A DNA stretch of 64,000 nucleotides from Synechococcus sp. (GCA_047285805.1 JBJBCN010000003.1:736001-800000), one strand, 5' to 3'. Shown: positions 20,581-31,763, counted from the first letter of the stretch. Numbers and translations are program-made. Notes: generated from the letters alone by a model not told the origin.

Positions 20581-20660
20581 CGCTGAACCCTACCGACGGC
20601 AACGGGGGTGCCAAAGATCGCCTTGATGCATAAAGATGAGGCCAATCCTGTAAGCAACGC

Positions 20661-22250
20661 ATGAAGGCCCGCCCCTTCTTGGCGGCACTGCTAGCGGTGG
20701 CGTTAGCGATGCTGAGCTTTGGCTTGGCGGGCTGGTGGCTGCTGCTGCAGCGCAGTCCCCTCGCGTTGCAACACCAGGCCCTCTCGATGCCGCTGGCGGC
20801 ACGCTTCGTCCCTCGGACCGCGCCCCTTAGCCTGCACTGGCTCGTCGGTCCTGATAAGCCCGCCGCCTACGCCAGGGCCGTCGCCCCTCCGCGGCAGCGC
20901 CGCCAGGCGGCGGCCGCCGCCGATCACCTGCGCGATGGGGCGTTTGCCGCCGCAGGCCTGGACTATTCCTCAGAACTTTCCCCTTGGCTTGGTGACGAAA
21001 GCAGTTTCGCTCTGCTGACCCCACCCGGTAGCGAGGAGGCCCCCGGCTGGGTCTTGGCCCTGCGCAGCCGTGACAACGAAGGGGCCCGTCGCTTCCTGCA
21101 GCGCTTTTGGCAGACCCGCAGCCTGGCGGGCACCGATCTGCAGATAACGAGCTATCGCGGCATGGGCCTGATCAGCGGCCGTGGGGCACTGTTGGGGCAG
21201 GACCCTCAACCTCTGGCTACGGCGCTGATCAATGACGACTTGGTCTTAATCGCCTCCGGTCGCGGCGTGCTCGAGCAGGCGCTCGATGTCTCCCAAATCG
21301 ATGAACTGAATCAGGCGGCCAGCGCCCCCATTCAAAAGGCCATCCAACGGCTGGACGAGGGGGTGGCGCTGCTGACGGCTCGCCCCGAAGCGATAGAGCA
21401 GTGGCTGGGCTTGCCGGTCGGAGATGACGCCGCATCGGTGGAGTTGGTGCTTGCGCTCACGCCGCAGGGATCCGGGCTTCAGGTCGATGGCCTGGCCGAG
21501 CTGCGGGATGCCCTACCCAGCTTGGGCCAGGTGAACAGCGAGCTCCTGCGTCAGGTGCAGGTTGCAGCCGACAGCTTGGCCCTACTGACCAATCCGGCTC
21601 AACTGCTCGCTGATCAGGACGCCAATAGTTGGAGCAGCCTGCTAGGTCCAGCCCTGACCAAGGCGCTGCAAAGTGAGAACGGTCCCCTGCCGGCCCTGGT
21701 GGCCGCGGCGGATTCGGGGCCCCTGCTCTGGGCCCACCAGAGTGAAGGCTGGTTGCTGGGCACCCGCGCGGATCGCCCAGCTGCGGAGACCCTGCAGCCC
21801 GCCCTGGAGGCCGATGGCTACAGCGTGTCTCCACTGGAGAGCCGCGGTCAGACCCTCCAGGCTTGGACCCGGCTGGAGTCGAACCCCGTGAAGGGCAACC
21901 CCGACCAGCTTCAGGCGCAGCTGGCTGGAGCGCGGGCGAGTCAAGGGGGCCTGGCCTGGTGGGGGCAAGGACTGGCGATCTTGAACCAGCAGCACGAAGG
22001 TCGTCGTTCGCCCCAGGATCGTCTCGATCAACTGGAGCTCTTGGGGGCACCCCAGGCACCGTTCCAGTGGTCAATGGATGCCGAGGCGGCCCAGGGCCTC
22101 TTGAGCCACTGGAAGCCCTGGCGGCTGGTGGGGACCCTCTCGAGCTCTTCCCTGACCCCGATGGTCGATGGGGCCGCTTTGAGCCTGGAGCCCGACGGCT
22201 CTGAGCAACGCAGCCTGCGGCTTCGGGCCCTCTTGCAACTGCACTCCTGA
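20661..22250 (+). CDS. DUF3352 family protein
   Basis: N-terminal TM anchor, PWLGDE motif; usual cyanobacterial position before sixA-gltA. Confidence 0.75.
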   Translation: MKARPFLAALLAVALAMLSFGLAGWWLLLQRSPLALQHQALSMPLAARFVPRTAPLSLHWLVGPDKPAAYARAVAPPRQRRQAAAAADHLRDGAFAAAGLDYSSELSPWLGDESSFALLTPPGSEEAPGWVLALRSRDNEGARRFLQRFWQTRSLAGTDLQITSYRGMGLISGRGALLGQDPQPLATALINDDLVLIASGRGVLEQALDVSQIDELNQAASAPIQKAIQRLDEGVALLTARPEAIEQWLGLPVGDDAASVELVLALTPQGSGLQVDGLAELRDALPSLGQVNSELLRQVQVAADSLALLTNPAQLLADQDANSWSSLLGPALTKALQSENGPLPALVAAADSGPLLWAHQSEGWLLGTRADRPAAETLQPALEADGYSVSPLESRGQTLQAWTRLESNPVKGNPDQLQAQLAGARASQGGLAWWGQGLAILNQQHEGRRSPQDRLDQLELLGAPQAPFQWSMDAEAAQGLLSHWKPWRLVGTLSSSSLTPMVDGAALSLEPDGSEQRSLRLRALLQLHS

Positions 22251-22253
22251 ACC

Positions 22254-22814
22254 ATGGCGAGTCGCAAATGCGAGCTGCTGCTGGTGCGTCACGGCATCGC
22301 GGAAGATCGCAGTGAGGACCTCGATGATGCCCAGCTCAGCTTGACTCCGGAGGGCCGTGAGCGCACCAGCCAGCAGCTGGAGCGCCTGCTTGAGTTGGAC
22401 TTGTCCTGCGACCTGGTGCTCAGCAGTCCGCTCGTACGGGCCCGCCAGACCGCCGAATTGATCGTGAGTGCCGGCTTGGCGCCTGAGTTGGAGTTGGCGG
22501 CGGCCCTGACGCCCCTGGCGGACCCCCTGCCCCTCCTCGAGCGCTGGCTGGGGCCCCTTTCCCCTCGGCCCGGCTGGAAGCGTCTGGCGCTGGTGGGCCA
22601 TGAACCGGACCTGAGCACCCTGGCCGCCCTCTTGATCGGCGTGCCCATGGCCCGTGCCCCCCAGGCGATTCGGCTCAAGAAAGCGGGGGCCTTGCTGTTG
22701 CAATGGCCAGTGGCACCGGGGGCGGAGTTGCAGGGTTCAGCCCGTTTGGTGATGGTTCTGCCGCCGCGGGTGTTGCTCGGTCGACGACAGTCCCGAAGCG
22801 AGGGCGGGCCTTAG
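22254..22814 (+). CDS. sixA: Phosphohistidine phosphatase SixA family
   Basis: LVRHGIAE, SSPLVRARQTA, LVGHEPDL. Confidence 0.88.
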   Translation: MASRKCELLLVRHGIAEDRSEDLDDAQLSLTPEGRERTSQQLERLLELDLSCDLVLSSPLVRARQTAELIVSAGLAPELELAAALTPLADPLPLLERWLGPLSPRPGWKRLALVGHEPDLSTLAALLIGVPMARAPQAIRLKKAGALLLQWPVAPGAELQGSARLVMVLPPRVLLGRRQSRSEGGP

Positions 22815-22840
22815 GTTGCCGTTGAAGCAACCCCGATCCC

Positions 22841-24001
22841 ATGGCTGAGGAGGCAACCCCAACAGCAGCAACTCCGGCGTATCGCCCGGGTCTGGAAGGG
22901 GTGCCGGCGACGCAATCGGCGGTGTGCGATATCGACGGCCAGAAGGGGCTGCTGACCTACCGCGGGTACCGGGTCGATCAACTTGCCCAGCAGAGCACCT
23001 TCCTCGAGACCACCTATCTGCTGATCTGGGGCGAGCTTCCTGATGCGGAGCAGCTGGCGGCGTTTGAGCAGGAGGTGCAGATGCACCGGCGGGTCAGCTT
23101 CCGGATCCGGGACATGATGAAGTGCTTCCCGGCCAGCGGCCATCCGATGGACGCCCTGCAGAGCAGTGCGGCCTCCCTCGGGCTCTTTTATTCCCGTCGA
23201 GCCCTCGACAACCCTGAATACATCTATTCAGCGGTGGTGCGCCTAATCGCCAAGATCCCGACGATGGTCGCGGCGTTCCAGCTGATCCGCAAAGGCCAGG
23301 ATCCGATCCAGCCCCGGGATGGCCTGCCCTATGCAGCCAACTTTCTCTACATGCTCACAGAGCGGGAGCCCGATCCCCTGGCGGCACGGATCTTCGATGC
23401 CTGCTTGATCCTCCACGCCGAGCACAGTCTCAACGCCAGCACCTTCAGTGCGCGGGTGACCGCTAGCACCCTGACGGACCCCTACGCGGTGGTGGCCTCG
23501 GCGGTGGGCACCCTGGCGGGTCCCCTCCATGGCGGCGCCAACGAAGACGTCTTGGCCATGCTTGAAACCATCGGCTCCGCTGATCAGGTGCGGCCCTGGT
23601 TGGATCAGGCCATGGCGGAGAAGCGCAAGATCATGGGCTTCGGCCACCGGGAATACAAGGTCAAGGACCCCCGCGCCGTGATTCTGCAGAAATTGGCGGA
23701 GGAACTCTTCGACGAGTTCGGCCACGACCCCCTCTACGACCTGGCCCGGGAGCTGGAAGCGGTCGCCGCGGAGCGTCTGGGTCCCAAGGGGATCTATCCC
23801 AACGTCGACTTCTATTCCGGCCTGGTCTACCGGAAGCTGGGGATCCCCCAGGATCTGTTCACGCCGATCTTCGCGATCGCCCGCACCGCGGGCTGGCTGG
23901 CCCACTGGAAAGAACAACTGGGGGCCAACCGCATCTACCGCCCCACGCAGATCTACACCGGTTCGACCGGTCGCGATTGGCAGCCCATCGAAGGCCGTTA
24001 A
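22841..24001 (+). CDS. gltA: Citrate synthase
   Basis: GLEGV, LHAEH, NASTF, GPLHGGANE, GFGHR, PNVDFYSG. Confidence 0.97.
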   Translation: MAEEATPTAATPAYRPGLEGVPATQSAVCDIDGQKGLLTYRGYRVDQLAQQSTFLETTYLLIWGELPDAEQLAAFEQEVQMHRRVSFRIRDMMKCFPASGHPMDALQSSAASLGLFYSRRALDNPEYIYSAVVRLIAKIPTMVAAFQLIRKGQDPIQPRDGLPYAANFLYMLTEREPDPLAARIFDACLILHAEHSLNASTFSARVTASTLTDPYAVVASAVGTLAGPLHGGANEDVLAMLETIGSADQVRPWLDQAMAEKRKIMGFGHREYKVKDPRAVILQKLAEELFDEFGHDPLYDLARELEAVAAERLGPKGIYPNVDFYSGLVYRKLGIPQDLFTPIFAIARTAGWLAHWKEQLGANRIYRPTQIYTGSTGRDWQPIEGR

Positions 24002-24042
24002 GGGCTGCGGCGGCCTAAGTTGCCTCCATCAAGAGACCACCC

Positions 24043-25185
24043 ATGGTGATCGCCAATCCCGCTGTCGTGAGTGCCGGACTCGACCTCGAGGCCAGCTTCA
24101 CCGACGTCTTGCAGGGCTTCGGCTTGTCGCCGGGGATGGCCCACTTGCTCTGGTTGCCGCTGCCGATGCTGGTGGTGTTGGTTGCCGCCGTGGTGGGCGT
24201 GCTGGTCAACGTGTGGTTGGAGCGGAAGATCTCGGCTGCCGTTCAGCAGCGCATCGGTCCTGAATATGCGGGTGCCTTGGGCATCCTTCAGCCACTGGCC
24301 GACGGCCTGAAGCTCCTCTTTAAGGAGGACATCATTCCGGCTCGGGCCGACGGCCTGCTCTTCACCTTGGGCCCTGTACTGGTGCTCGTTCCGGTGATCC
24401 TGAGCTGGCTTGTGGTCCCCTTTGGCCAGCACCTGCTCATCAGCAATGTCGGGGTGGGGATCTTTCTCTGGATCTCTCTGAGCAGCATCCAGCCCATCGG
24501 CCTGCTGATGGCCGGTTACGCATCTAACAACAAGTACTCCCTGCTGGGTGGCCTGCGCGCGGCAGCCCAGTCGATCTCCTACGAGATCCCCCTCGCCTTG
24601 GCCGTGTTGGCCGTGGTGATGATGAGCAACTCACTCAGCACCGTTGACATCGTCAACCAGCAGACGAGCGCCGGGATCCTCAGCTGGAACATTTGGCGCC
24701 AGCCCGTGGGCTTCGTCATCTTCTGGATCTGTGCCTTGGCGGAGTGTGAGCGCCTTCCCTTTGACTTGCCGGAGGCGGAGGAGGAGCTGGTCGCTGGCTA
24801 CCAGACCGAATACGCGGGCATGAAGTTTGCCCTCTTCTATCTGGGCAGCTACATCAACCTTGTGCTCTCGGCCCTGTTGGTGGCGGTGCTCTACCTGGGT
24901 GGTTGGGGGTTCCCCCTGCCGGTGGAATGGGTCGTGAACCTGACCGGCCAACCGATCGATGCTCCCCTGGTGCAGGTGATCACGGCCACGACCGGCATCG
25001 TGATGACCGTGCTGAAGGCCTACCTGCTGGTCTTCTTCGCGATCCTGCTGCGCTGGACCGTGCCCCGGGTGCGCATCGACCAGCTGCTGGATCTCGGCTG
25101 GAAGTTCCTGTTGCCGGTCGCCCTGGTCAACCTGCTCGTGACCGCCGGCTTCAAACTCGCTTTCCCGGCCTTCTTCGGCGGCTAA
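24043..25185 (+). CDS. ndhA: NDH-1 subunit A
   Basis: [33 protein letters not shown]. Confidence 0.97.
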   Translation: MVIANPAVVSAGLDLEASFTDVLQGFGLSPGMAHLLWLPLPMLVVLVAAVVGVLVNVWLERKISAAVQQRIGPEYAGALGILQPLADGLKLLFKEDIIPARADGLLFTLGPVLVLVPVILSWLVVPFGQHLLISNVGVGIFLWISLSSIQPIGLLMAGYASNNKYSLLGGLRAAAQSISYEIPLALAVLAVVMMSNSLSTVDIVNQQTSAGILSWNIWRQPVGFVIFWICALAECERLPFDLPEAEEELVAGYQTEYAGMKFALFYLGSYINLVLSALLVAVLYLGGWGFPLPVEWVVNLTGQPIDAPLVQVITATTGIVMTVLKAYLLVFFAILLRWTVPRVRIDQLLDLGWKFLLPVALVNLLVTAGFKLAFPAFFGG

Positions 25186-25261
25186 TTCTCAACCGCCTAC
25201 CCCCTTTGCCAGGTCGCCAGGCCATCATGGTGCCGGCGCTACCGCCCCTTCCCACCAATCC

Positions 25262-25858
25262 ATGTTCGGGTTCCTCAAGAAAGTCGGTGACTACACCCGC
25301 GATGCGGTGGGTGCAGCCAACTACCTCACCCAGGGGCTTTCGGTCACCTTTGACCACCTGCGCCGCAGGCCGATCACGGTTCAGTACCCCTACGAAAAAC
25401 TTATCCCGTCGGAGCGTTACCGCGGCCGAATCCACTACGAGTTCGACAAGTGCATCGCCTGTGAGGTGTGTGTACGCGTCTGCCCGATCAACCTGCCAGT
25501 GGTGGATTGGGTGATGAACAAGGCCACCAAGAAGAAGGAGCTCCGCAACTACTCCATCGACTTCGGGGTGTGCATCTTCTGCGGCAACTGCGTTGAGTAC
25601 TGCCCGACCAACTGCCTCTCGATGACCGAGGAGTACGAGTTGGCTGCTTTTGACCGCCACAGCCTTAATTACGACAACGTCGCCTTGGGACGGCTCCCCA
25701 CCAGCGTCACCAGCGATCCAGCTGTCGTCCCCCTTCGCGAGTTGGCCTATCTGCCGAAGGGGGAGATGGATCCCCATGGTGTTGATCCCAATCGCCCGCG
25801 GGCCGGCAAACTTCCCGCAGATGTCCTTGAGACCCTGCCGAACGAGAACAACGCCTGA
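25262..25858 (+). CDS. ndhI: NDH-1 subunit I (2x[4Fe-4S])
   Basis: [12 protein letters not shown] and [12 protein letters not shown]. Confidence 0.97.
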   Translation: MFGFLKKVGDYTRDAVGAANYLTQGLSVTFDHLRRRPITVQYPYEKLIPSERYRGRIHYEFDKCIACEVCVRVCPINLPVVDWVMNKATKKKELRNYSIDFGVCIFCGNCVEYCPTNCLSMTEEYELAAFDRHSLNYDNVALGRLPTSVTSDPAVVPLRELAYLPKGEMDPHGVDPNRPRAGKLPADVLETLPNENNA

Positions 25859-26457
25859 TGACCATCGCTTCCTCCACGCAGTTCATCTGCTTTGTCGTTC
25901 TCTCGGCCGTGGTGGCTATCGGTGCCCTCGGTGTTGTGCTGCTGCCAAGCATCGTCTACTCGGCCTTCCTGCTGGGTGGTGTCTTCCTTTCGGTGGCGGG
26001 CCTCTATCTGCTGCTGAATGCCAGCTTTGTGGCCGCAGCCCAGGTGCTTGTCTACGTCGGCGCGGTCAACGTGCTCATCCTGTTCGCGATCATGCTCGTG
26101 AATAAAAAGGAAGACCTGGCGGCTATTCCCGGTTTGGCAGTGCGTCGGCTCCTCTCCGGTGCCGTCTGCGGCGGCCTGTTTGTTCTGCTGCTGCGGGTGG
26201 CCTTCACCACCCCCTGGGCCCTGCCTGGTCCGATCCCCATCGGCGAAGAGGCAACTATTCGCATCGGCGAGCACCTTTTCAGCGATTACCTGCTGCCGTT
26301 TGAGCTGGCGTCGGTGCTTCTGTTGATGGCCATGATCGGTGCCATCGTCCTGGCCCGCCGCGACGTCTATAGCTCCGATGTGGTCACCGGTGAACCGGTC
26401 GACCAAGGCCTGATCGAGAAATCCCGCACGCCTCTGCTCCTGGAGAAAACCAACTGA
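25858..26457 (+). CDS. ndhG: NDH-1 subunit G
   Basis: [29 protein letters not shown]. Confidence 0.96.
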   Translation: MTIASSTQFICFVVLSAVVAIGALGVVLLPSIVYSAFLLGGVFLSVAGLYLLLNASFVAAAQVLVYVGAVNVLILFAIMLVNKKEDLAAIPGLAVRRLLSGAVCGGLFVLLLRVAFTTPWALPGPIPIGEEATIRIGEHLFSDYLLPFELASVLLLMAMIGAIVLARRDVYSSDVVTGEPVDQGLIEKSRTPLLLEKTN

Positions 26458-26786
26458 TGACCATCGAGCTGCCCACCACGGTCCCTCTCGAGGCCTATCT
26501 CGCCCTGGCGGCGATTCTGTTTTGCACGGGTGTTTGGGGACTGATTAACAGCCGCAACGCCGTCAGGGTGCTGATGAGTATTGAGCTCATGCTTAACGCC
26601 GTGAACATCAACCTGATGGCGTTCTCTAGCTACCTCGATGGTCAGCTGATTCGCGGCCAGGTTTTCGCGATTTTCGTGATCACCGTGGCGGCGGCCGAGG
26701 CCGCCGTCGGTCTGGCGATTCTCCTCTCTCTGTATCGGAACCGTGAAACGGTGGATATGGAGCGTTTCAACTTGCTGCGTTGGTAG
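26457..26786 (+). CDS. ndhE: NDH-1 subunit E
   Basis: [22 protein letters not shown]. Confidence 0.96.
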   Translation: MTIELPTTVPLEAYLALAAILFCTGVWGLINSRNAVRVLMSIELMLNAVNINLMAFSSYLDGQLIRGQVFAIFVITVAAAEAAVGLAILLSLYRNRETVDMERFNLLRW

Positions 26787-26814
26787 CCAGGCTGGGCGCA
26801 AGCACAGCTGGCTT

Positions 26815-27726
26815 ATGCGCCTTGAGACCGTTTGGTTGATCCATCGAGCGGCCAGCCAGGCTGCCCTGCGCCAAGCCCGACGCTGTGCCCAAACCCTGCG
26901 GGATCAGGGCGTGAAGGTTGCTGTGGCCATGAGTGGGGCCAGCGCGAACCCCTTCCCTGGCCTGTTGGCCGATGAGGGCACTCATCCTGACTTGGCGGTG
27001 GTTTTGGGCGGCGATGGAACCGTGCTTGGGGCTGCTCGCCACTTGGCCCCCCTCGGGGTGCCGATCCTCTCCTTCAACGTCGGCGGTCACTTTGGCTTTT
27101 TGACCCAGGAGCGCAAGCTGCTGGGCCATGGCCATGAGGCCGAAGGCGCCTTCGACCTCTGGCAACGGCTGCGGGATGACCGCTTTGCCTTAGAGCGGCG
27201 GATGATGCTCGAGGCCCTCACCGACAGCAGCGGCACGGTCCACACGGCCCTCAATGACCTCTATCTGAGGCCGGGAATTGATGAGGTCACCCCCACCTGT
27301 GTTCTGGAGTTGGAGATCGACGGCGAGGTGGTCGACCAGTTTCGGGGTGATGGCTTGATCATGTCGACGGCCACCGGTTCCACGGGGTATTCCATGGCGG
27401 CGGGCGGGCCCATCCTTCACCCCGGCGTGGAGGCGATTGTGGTGAACCCGATCTGTCCGATGAGCCTCTCCAGCCGCCCGCTCGTGGTGCCACCACGGGC
27501 GCAATTGGCGGTCTGGCCGCTGGGTCCCACCAACAGTCGAGTACGCCTCTGGAAGGACGGGGCCTTTGCAGCTGTCCTCGAGCCCGGGGATCGCTGTGAT
27601 GTGCGCCGATCTCCCCATCACGCCTTGATGGTGCTGCTCGAGCAGAGCCCCTCCTACTACCGGACCCTGACCCATAAGTTGCATTGGGCCGGCAGTCTGA
27701 CGGCCTCTGAGCCCTCTCCGAACTGA
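26815..27726 (+). CDS. nadK: NAD(+) kinase
   Basis: [27 protein letters not shown]. Confidence 0.93.
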   Translation: MRLETVWLIHRAASQAALRQARRCAQTLRDQGVKVAVAMSGASANPFPGLLADEGTHPDLAVVLGGDGTVLGAARHLAPLGVPILSFNVGGHFGFLTQERKLLGHGHEAEGAFDLWQRLRDDRFALERRMMLEALTDSSGTVHTALNDLYLRPGIDEVTPTCVLELEIDGEVVDQFRGDGLIMSTATGSTGYSMAAGGPILHPGVEAIVVNPICPMSLSSRPLVVPPRAQLAVWPLGPTNSRVRLWKDGAFAAVLEPGDRCDVRRSPHHALMVLLEQSPSYYRTLTHKLHWAGSLTASEPSPN

Positions 27727-27735
27727 ACTGCGCCC

Positions 27736-28248
27736 ATGGCCCTAGAGATTGAGCGTCGCTTCTTGGTTTCCGGCCAGAAGTGGCGCGGTGTGGTGGCGTG
27801 GCAGCGGGATTTCGCCCAGGGCTATTTGCCGAACTCTTCGGAGGCGATGACCTCACGGGTTCGCCTCGCTGGCCCCGAGGAGGCCTGGCTGACCCTCAAA
27901 TTCCCGGCTGGTGGCATCGCCCGCCAGGAGTTTGAGTACCCGATTCCAGCGATGGACGCCTCAGCCCTGCTGGAGCGCTGCAAGGCCAAGTTGATCAAGC
28001 GTCGTTATGGCTTGAACCTGCCCGGTGGTGAGTGGGTCCTGGATGTCTTTGATGGGGAGAACGCTCCCTTGGTGATCGCCGAGGTGGAGCTGGAGCAGGC
28101 GGATCAAGCTCTAGAGATACCCGGTTGGTGCCCCACAGAAATCACGGGCCTTGGTGCCTTCAGCAACGCAGCCCTGGCCAGCCATCCGTTTGGGCACTGG
28201 AGTGAGGCGGAGCAGGCCCCCTGGCGAGGCGCACTGGGCAATAACTGA
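27736..28248 (+). CDS. CYTH domain protein
   Basis: EIERRF, EFEYPIP, AEVEL. Confidence 0.9.
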   Translation: MALEIERRFLVSGQKWRGVVAWQRDFAQGYLPNSSEAMTSRVRLAGPEEAWLTLKFPAGGIARQEFEYPIPAMDASALLERCKAKLIKRRYGLNLPGGEWVLDVFDGENAPLVIAEVELEQADQALEIPGWCPTEITGLGAFSNAALASHPFGHWSEAEQAPWRGALGNN

Positions 28249-28286
28249 GCTAGCTTAGGATTTGCTTAACGTTTGCTCGGATCGGA

Positions 28287-28463
28287 TTGCTCGGCCTCTA
28301 CGACCAGGACGGCGTACTTCGATGCTCCGGGCTCGATCAGGCCGAGTGTCTTGCTTATGCCGAGCTGTTTGCCTTGGCGGAGGGCGCGTTCAGCATCGAA
28401 CCCCTATTTGCTGCGGGGGACACCGGCTCTAGGCCTCGTCCCCAGGCAGGTTGCAGCAATTGA
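28287..28463 (+). CDS. Small hypothetical protein (58 aa, absent from the ORF track)
   Basis: Manually translated TTG-start ORF MLGLYDQDGVLRCSGLDQAECLAYAELFALAEGAFSIEPLF..., filling the CYTH-pedR gap. Confidence 0.6.
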   Translation: MLGLYDQDGVLRCSGLDQAECLAYAELFALAEGAFSIEPLFAAGDTGSRPRPQAGCSN

Positions 28464-28698
28464 AGCCATCACGGCAGATCTTGCCGTGATCCATCGCCCA
28501 GTTCAGGAGTGCCACTCGGTTTTTGGCGCCGGTCTTGGTGAAGACGTTGCTCACGTGGTTGTCCACGGTGCGCTTGCTGATCATGAGGTGCTCGCCAATC
28601 TCTTGATTGGTCAGGCCTTGGGCCACCAGTTGGATGATTTCCAGTTCCCGCTCGGAGAGGTCCATGGGGGAATGGCCGAGGCTGCTTCGATCAGTCAT
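28429..28698 (-). CDS. pedR: Photosynthetic electron transport-dependent LuxR-type regulator PedR
   Basis: Stand-alone LuxR HTH (LSERELEII...SKRTVDNHVSN) with Cys-rich C-terminus ICRDGFNCC. Confidence 0.85.
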   Translation of the reverse strand: MTDRSSLGHSPMDLSERELEIIQLVAQGLTNQEIGEHLMISKRTVDNHVSNVFTKTGAKNRVALLNWAMDHGKICRDGFNCCNLPGDEA

Positions 28699-28791
28699 CC
28701 ATGCCCCGAGACACCTCGTCACTGTAGGCATCAGATCCCGTCTGGGCATGGCTGCGGTGGTTAATGATGGGCCCTGTTAAGCAGGGTTGTT

Positions 28792-29676
28792 TTGCGGCTA
28801 CAGCAGGCGCTTGAGGCGGGCGACTTTGCCCTGACGGCAGAGGTGATGCCCCCCCGCGGTGGGGAGATCAAGCGGACCCTTGAGCACGCAGCGCTCTTGA
28901 AGGATTGGGTGCATGCCGTGAACGTGACCGATGGCAGCCGTGCGGTGATGCGCATGAGCAGCCTGGCGGTGTGCCGCCTGCTGCTCGATGCCGGGGTGGA
29001 GCCTGTCTGGCAGCAGGCCTGCCGTGACCGAAACCGCATTGGCATTCAGGCGGATCTCCTCGGTGCCCATGCCTTAGGCATTCGCAACATCCTCTGTCTC
29101 ACCGGCGATCCGGTGCGCGCCGGGGATCAACCCCAGGCCAGGCCGGTGAATGAGTTGGAGTCGGTGCGCCTGCTGCAGCAGGTCGCAGCTTTTAACCGCG
29201 GTGAGGATCCGGTGGATGGCCCGCTACCGGACGGTCCCACGGACCTTTTCGCCGGCGCCGCTGCAGATCCGCAAAGCCCGAGCTGGAGTGGTCTGAGCAG
29301 CCGGATTCGCCGCAAGCAGAAAGCCGGGGCGCGCTTTGTCCAAACCCAGATGGTGATGGATGAGGACTGCCTGAAGCGCTTTGTCGATGAGATTACCGCG
29401 CCCCTGGAACTCCCCGTCTTGGCAGGGGTGTTTCTGCTGAAGTCTGCGAAGAACGCCGCCTTCATCAACCGGGTCGTTCCCGGCGCCTGCATCCCGCAAT
29501 CGATCATTGATCGCCTCGCGGCTGCGAGCAATCCCGCCGATGAAGGAATCACGATCGCCGCGGAACAGGTCAGCCGTTACGCCACGAACTGCCAGGGGGT
29601 GCACCTGATGGCGGTTAAGGCTGAAGAGCGCATCCCGCTGATCCTGGAACGGGCTGGGTTCAGCCCGCGTTGCTAA
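28792..29676 (+). CDS. metF: Methylenetetrahydrofolate reductase
   Basis: EVMPP, NVTDGSRA, CRDRNR, LTGDP, QTQ, GVHLM. Confidence 0.92.
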   Translation: MRLQQALEAGDFALTAEVMPPRGGEIKRTLEHAALLKDWVHAVNVTDGSRAVMRMSSLAVCRLLLDAGVEPVWQQACRDRNRIGIQADLLGAHALGIRNILCLTGDPVRAGDQPQARPVNELESVRLLQQVAAFNRGEDPVDGPLPDGPTDLFAGAAADPQSPSWSGLSSRIRRKQKAGARFVQTQMVMDEDCLKRFVDEITAPLELPVLAGVFLLKSAKNAAFINRVVPGACIPQSIIDRLAAASNPADEGITIAAEQVSRYATNCQGVHLMAVKAEERIPLILERAGFSPRC

Positions 29677-30841
29677 TCGCTAAGTCGGTGCCCAGTAGGT
29701 CGGCCATCGCCTTCTGCTGCGGCGAAGGCTTGGCGTAATCCTGGCGTCGGGCATCGGTGATCAACCAATCGAGGGCGGCTTCCTGTAGGTCGAAGTGATC
29801 GCCGTTGCGGTCGACGCAGTAGCGGCCGAAAACCAGCTTCTCCACCAGACGCACACCTGGTCCGATTCGGGAGTAATCAAAGATGATCGAGTTGTCGACC
29901 GTTGCGCCTTCGCAGATGTGGCAGCTCGGGCCGATCATCGCCGGTCCGATGATCGTGGCGCCGTCTTCGATCTTCGTCATGCCGCCGACGTAGATCGGCC
30001 CTTCAACGTGGATTTTGTCCCAGTTCGCCGCCACATTGAGGCCGGCGTAGATGCCCGGACGCACTTCCTTGCCAGGGATCTGAACCTGACGGACATCGCC
30101 CTGGAGCACGCTGCGGATGGCCTGCCAGTAGTCGGGCACTTTGCCGATGTCCACCCACTCGAAGTCCATCGGCAGGGCGTAGAACGGTGCGCCGTTGGCG
30201 ACCAGTTGGGGGAAGAGATCCGAGCCGATATCGAAAGGAACGCCCTCGGGAACGAAATCGAGAACCTCCGGCTCAAAGATGTAGATGCCGGTGTTGATCA
30301 TGTCGCTAGCTGCTTCTTCCACAGAGGGCTTCTCTTGGAAGGACTTCACCCGCCCGTCGTCATCGGTGACAACGACGCCGTAGCTGCTGACCTGATCGCG
30401 GGAGACGCGCTTGGTGATCAGGCTCGCCATTGCCCCCTTGGCCTTATGGCGTTTGACGGCTTCGCTGAGATCGAGGTCGATCAGCGCATCGCCGCAGAGC
30501 ACCACAAAGGTGTCGTCAAAGAAATGCTGGAAGGTCTGGATTTTCTTGAGTCCGCCAGCCGATCCAACGGCGTCACCAATTAGCTCGCCGTCTTCAATTC
30601 GGCCTTCGAAGCTGTAGGCAATTTCAACGCCAAAGCGTTGGCCATCCCGGAAATAATTCTCAATCTCCTCAGCCAGGTGGGAGACATTTACCATCACTTC
30701 GGTGAACCCGTGCTCCCGGAGAAGTTCCAGCAGAAACTCCATCACGGGTTTCTGAAGGATGGGGATCATCGGCTTCGGGATCGTGTGAGTAATGGGTCTC
30801 ACACGGGTTCCCTTGCCCGCAGCCAGGATCATCGCCTTCAT
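29660..30841 (-). CDS. cugP: NDP-sugar pyrophosphorylase, cyanobacterial UDP-glucose pyrophosphorylase CugP type
   Basis: MKAMILAAGKGTRVRPIT...PKPM, FQEKP, C-terminal hexapeptide repeats. Confidence 0.8.
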   Translation of the reverse strand: MKAMILAAGKGTRVRPITHTIPKPMIPILQKPVMEFLLELLREHGFTEVMVNVSHLAEEIENYFRDGQRFGVEIAYSFEGRIEDGELIGDAVGSAGGLKKIQTFQHFFDDTFVVLCGDALIDLDLSEAVKRHKAKGAMASLITKRVSRDQVSSYGVVVTDDDGRVKSFQEKPSVEEAASDMINTGIYIFEPEVLDFVPEGVPFDIGSDLFPQLVANGAPFYALPMDFEWVDIGKVPDYWQAIRSVLQGDVRQVQIPGKEVRPGIYAGLNVAANWDKIHVEGPIYVGGMTKIEDGATIIGPAMIGPSCHICEGATVDNSIIFDYSRIGPGVRLVEKLVFGRYCVDRNGDHFDLQEAALDWLITDARRQDYAKPSPQQKAMADLLGTDLAISNAG

Positions 30842-30863
30842 CGCGCCACCCTACGCAAAAGAC

Positions 30864-31763
30864 TTAGGCCGCAAGGGGTTCACGAGCCGGCCCCCGAGCT
30901 GACCCTCGTGCTGACTCGAGTTCGGCGGGCAGCGGAAGTTGCACTGATTCCCGCTCATCGAGCAGGCGCTTGAGTTGCAGGGGCCCAAACAACCCGCCCT
31001 GCTGCTCCAACTCCACTTTTCCCTGGGACGAGAGGAAGAGCAGCGCCCAAAAAACGCCGACCCGATCGCGATCCAGGTCCTCCGGCGCCACCTCGGCCCA
31101 GGCTTCCACCAGGCCCTCAAAGCCTGTCCACTCCAGGGATTGGGGCCACTGCAGCAGGAATTGGCTGAGGGCCGCCGTGGTCTCGGGCAGTTTTTCCCGG
31201 TGGGCCAGTGCGGCGACCTGCTCGATCGCAGCACGATCGCTGTATCGGCGGCTCCGTTGACGGTTGCGGACTTGTCCTTCTTCCTGCTCGAGGCGCTCGG
31301 CAATATCCTCGAGCTGACGAATCAGTTCGCCCAGGGTGACCGGCCGTTGCAGAGGAGGCGGAGCGACAGGGCGCCGCAGCAGATGGCGCTCAGGTTTGCG
31401 GGGCAGTTCCAGGCCTGGGGTGAGCAGCCAACCCTGGCCTTCGGCATCGAAATCAAATTCGAACCCGTCCTCTAGTTCGGGCTCCGCTGGGAAGGTTTGG
31501 GCTTCGAGGACCTCGGCCTTCAGGCTGACCAGTACCGAAGCGGCCAAAAACGCTTCGCTGGTTTCGGCGAGATCCTGCTCGTAACTTCCGCCGCGTCCCT
31601 TGTTCAGCGCCGCCACCAGCTTGGGCACTTCAATCCGTTGGCGGAGTTGATCGAGAAAGCCATCGACGACAGCGATCACATCGACGTCCCAGGGGTCTAA
31701 ATCACCCCGTTCAGCGGCGTCTTGCAACAGCCGGATCGCAAGCCTGGCGCCACCTTCGGCCAC
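30864..31763 (-). CDS. scpA: Segregation and condensation protein A
   Basis: LDPWDVDVI, ASVLVSLKA, VTLGELI, FWALLFL. Confidence 0.88.
   Translation of the reverse strand: MAEGGARLAIRLLQDAAERGDLDPWDVDVIAVVDGFLDQLRQRIEVPKLVAALNKGRGGSYEQDLAETSEAFLAASVLVSLKAEVLEAQTFPAEPELEDGFEFDFDAEGQGWLLTPGLELPRKPERHLLRRPVAPPPLQRPVTLGELIRQLEDIAERLEQEEGQVRNRQRSRRYSDRAAIEQVAALAHREKLPETTAALSQFLLQWPQSLEWTGFEGLVEAWAEVAPEDLDRDRVGVFWALLFLSSQGKVELEQQGGLFGPLQLKRLLDERESVQLPLPAELESARGSARGPAREPLAA

Noticed and set aside
16983..20660. CIRCE element near hrcA
   Set aside because: No TTAGCACTC-N9-GAGTGCTAA match seen in the adjacent intergenic regions
30864..31763. scpA without an adjacent scpB
   Set aside because: Separation of scpA and scpB is ordinary in cyanobacteria
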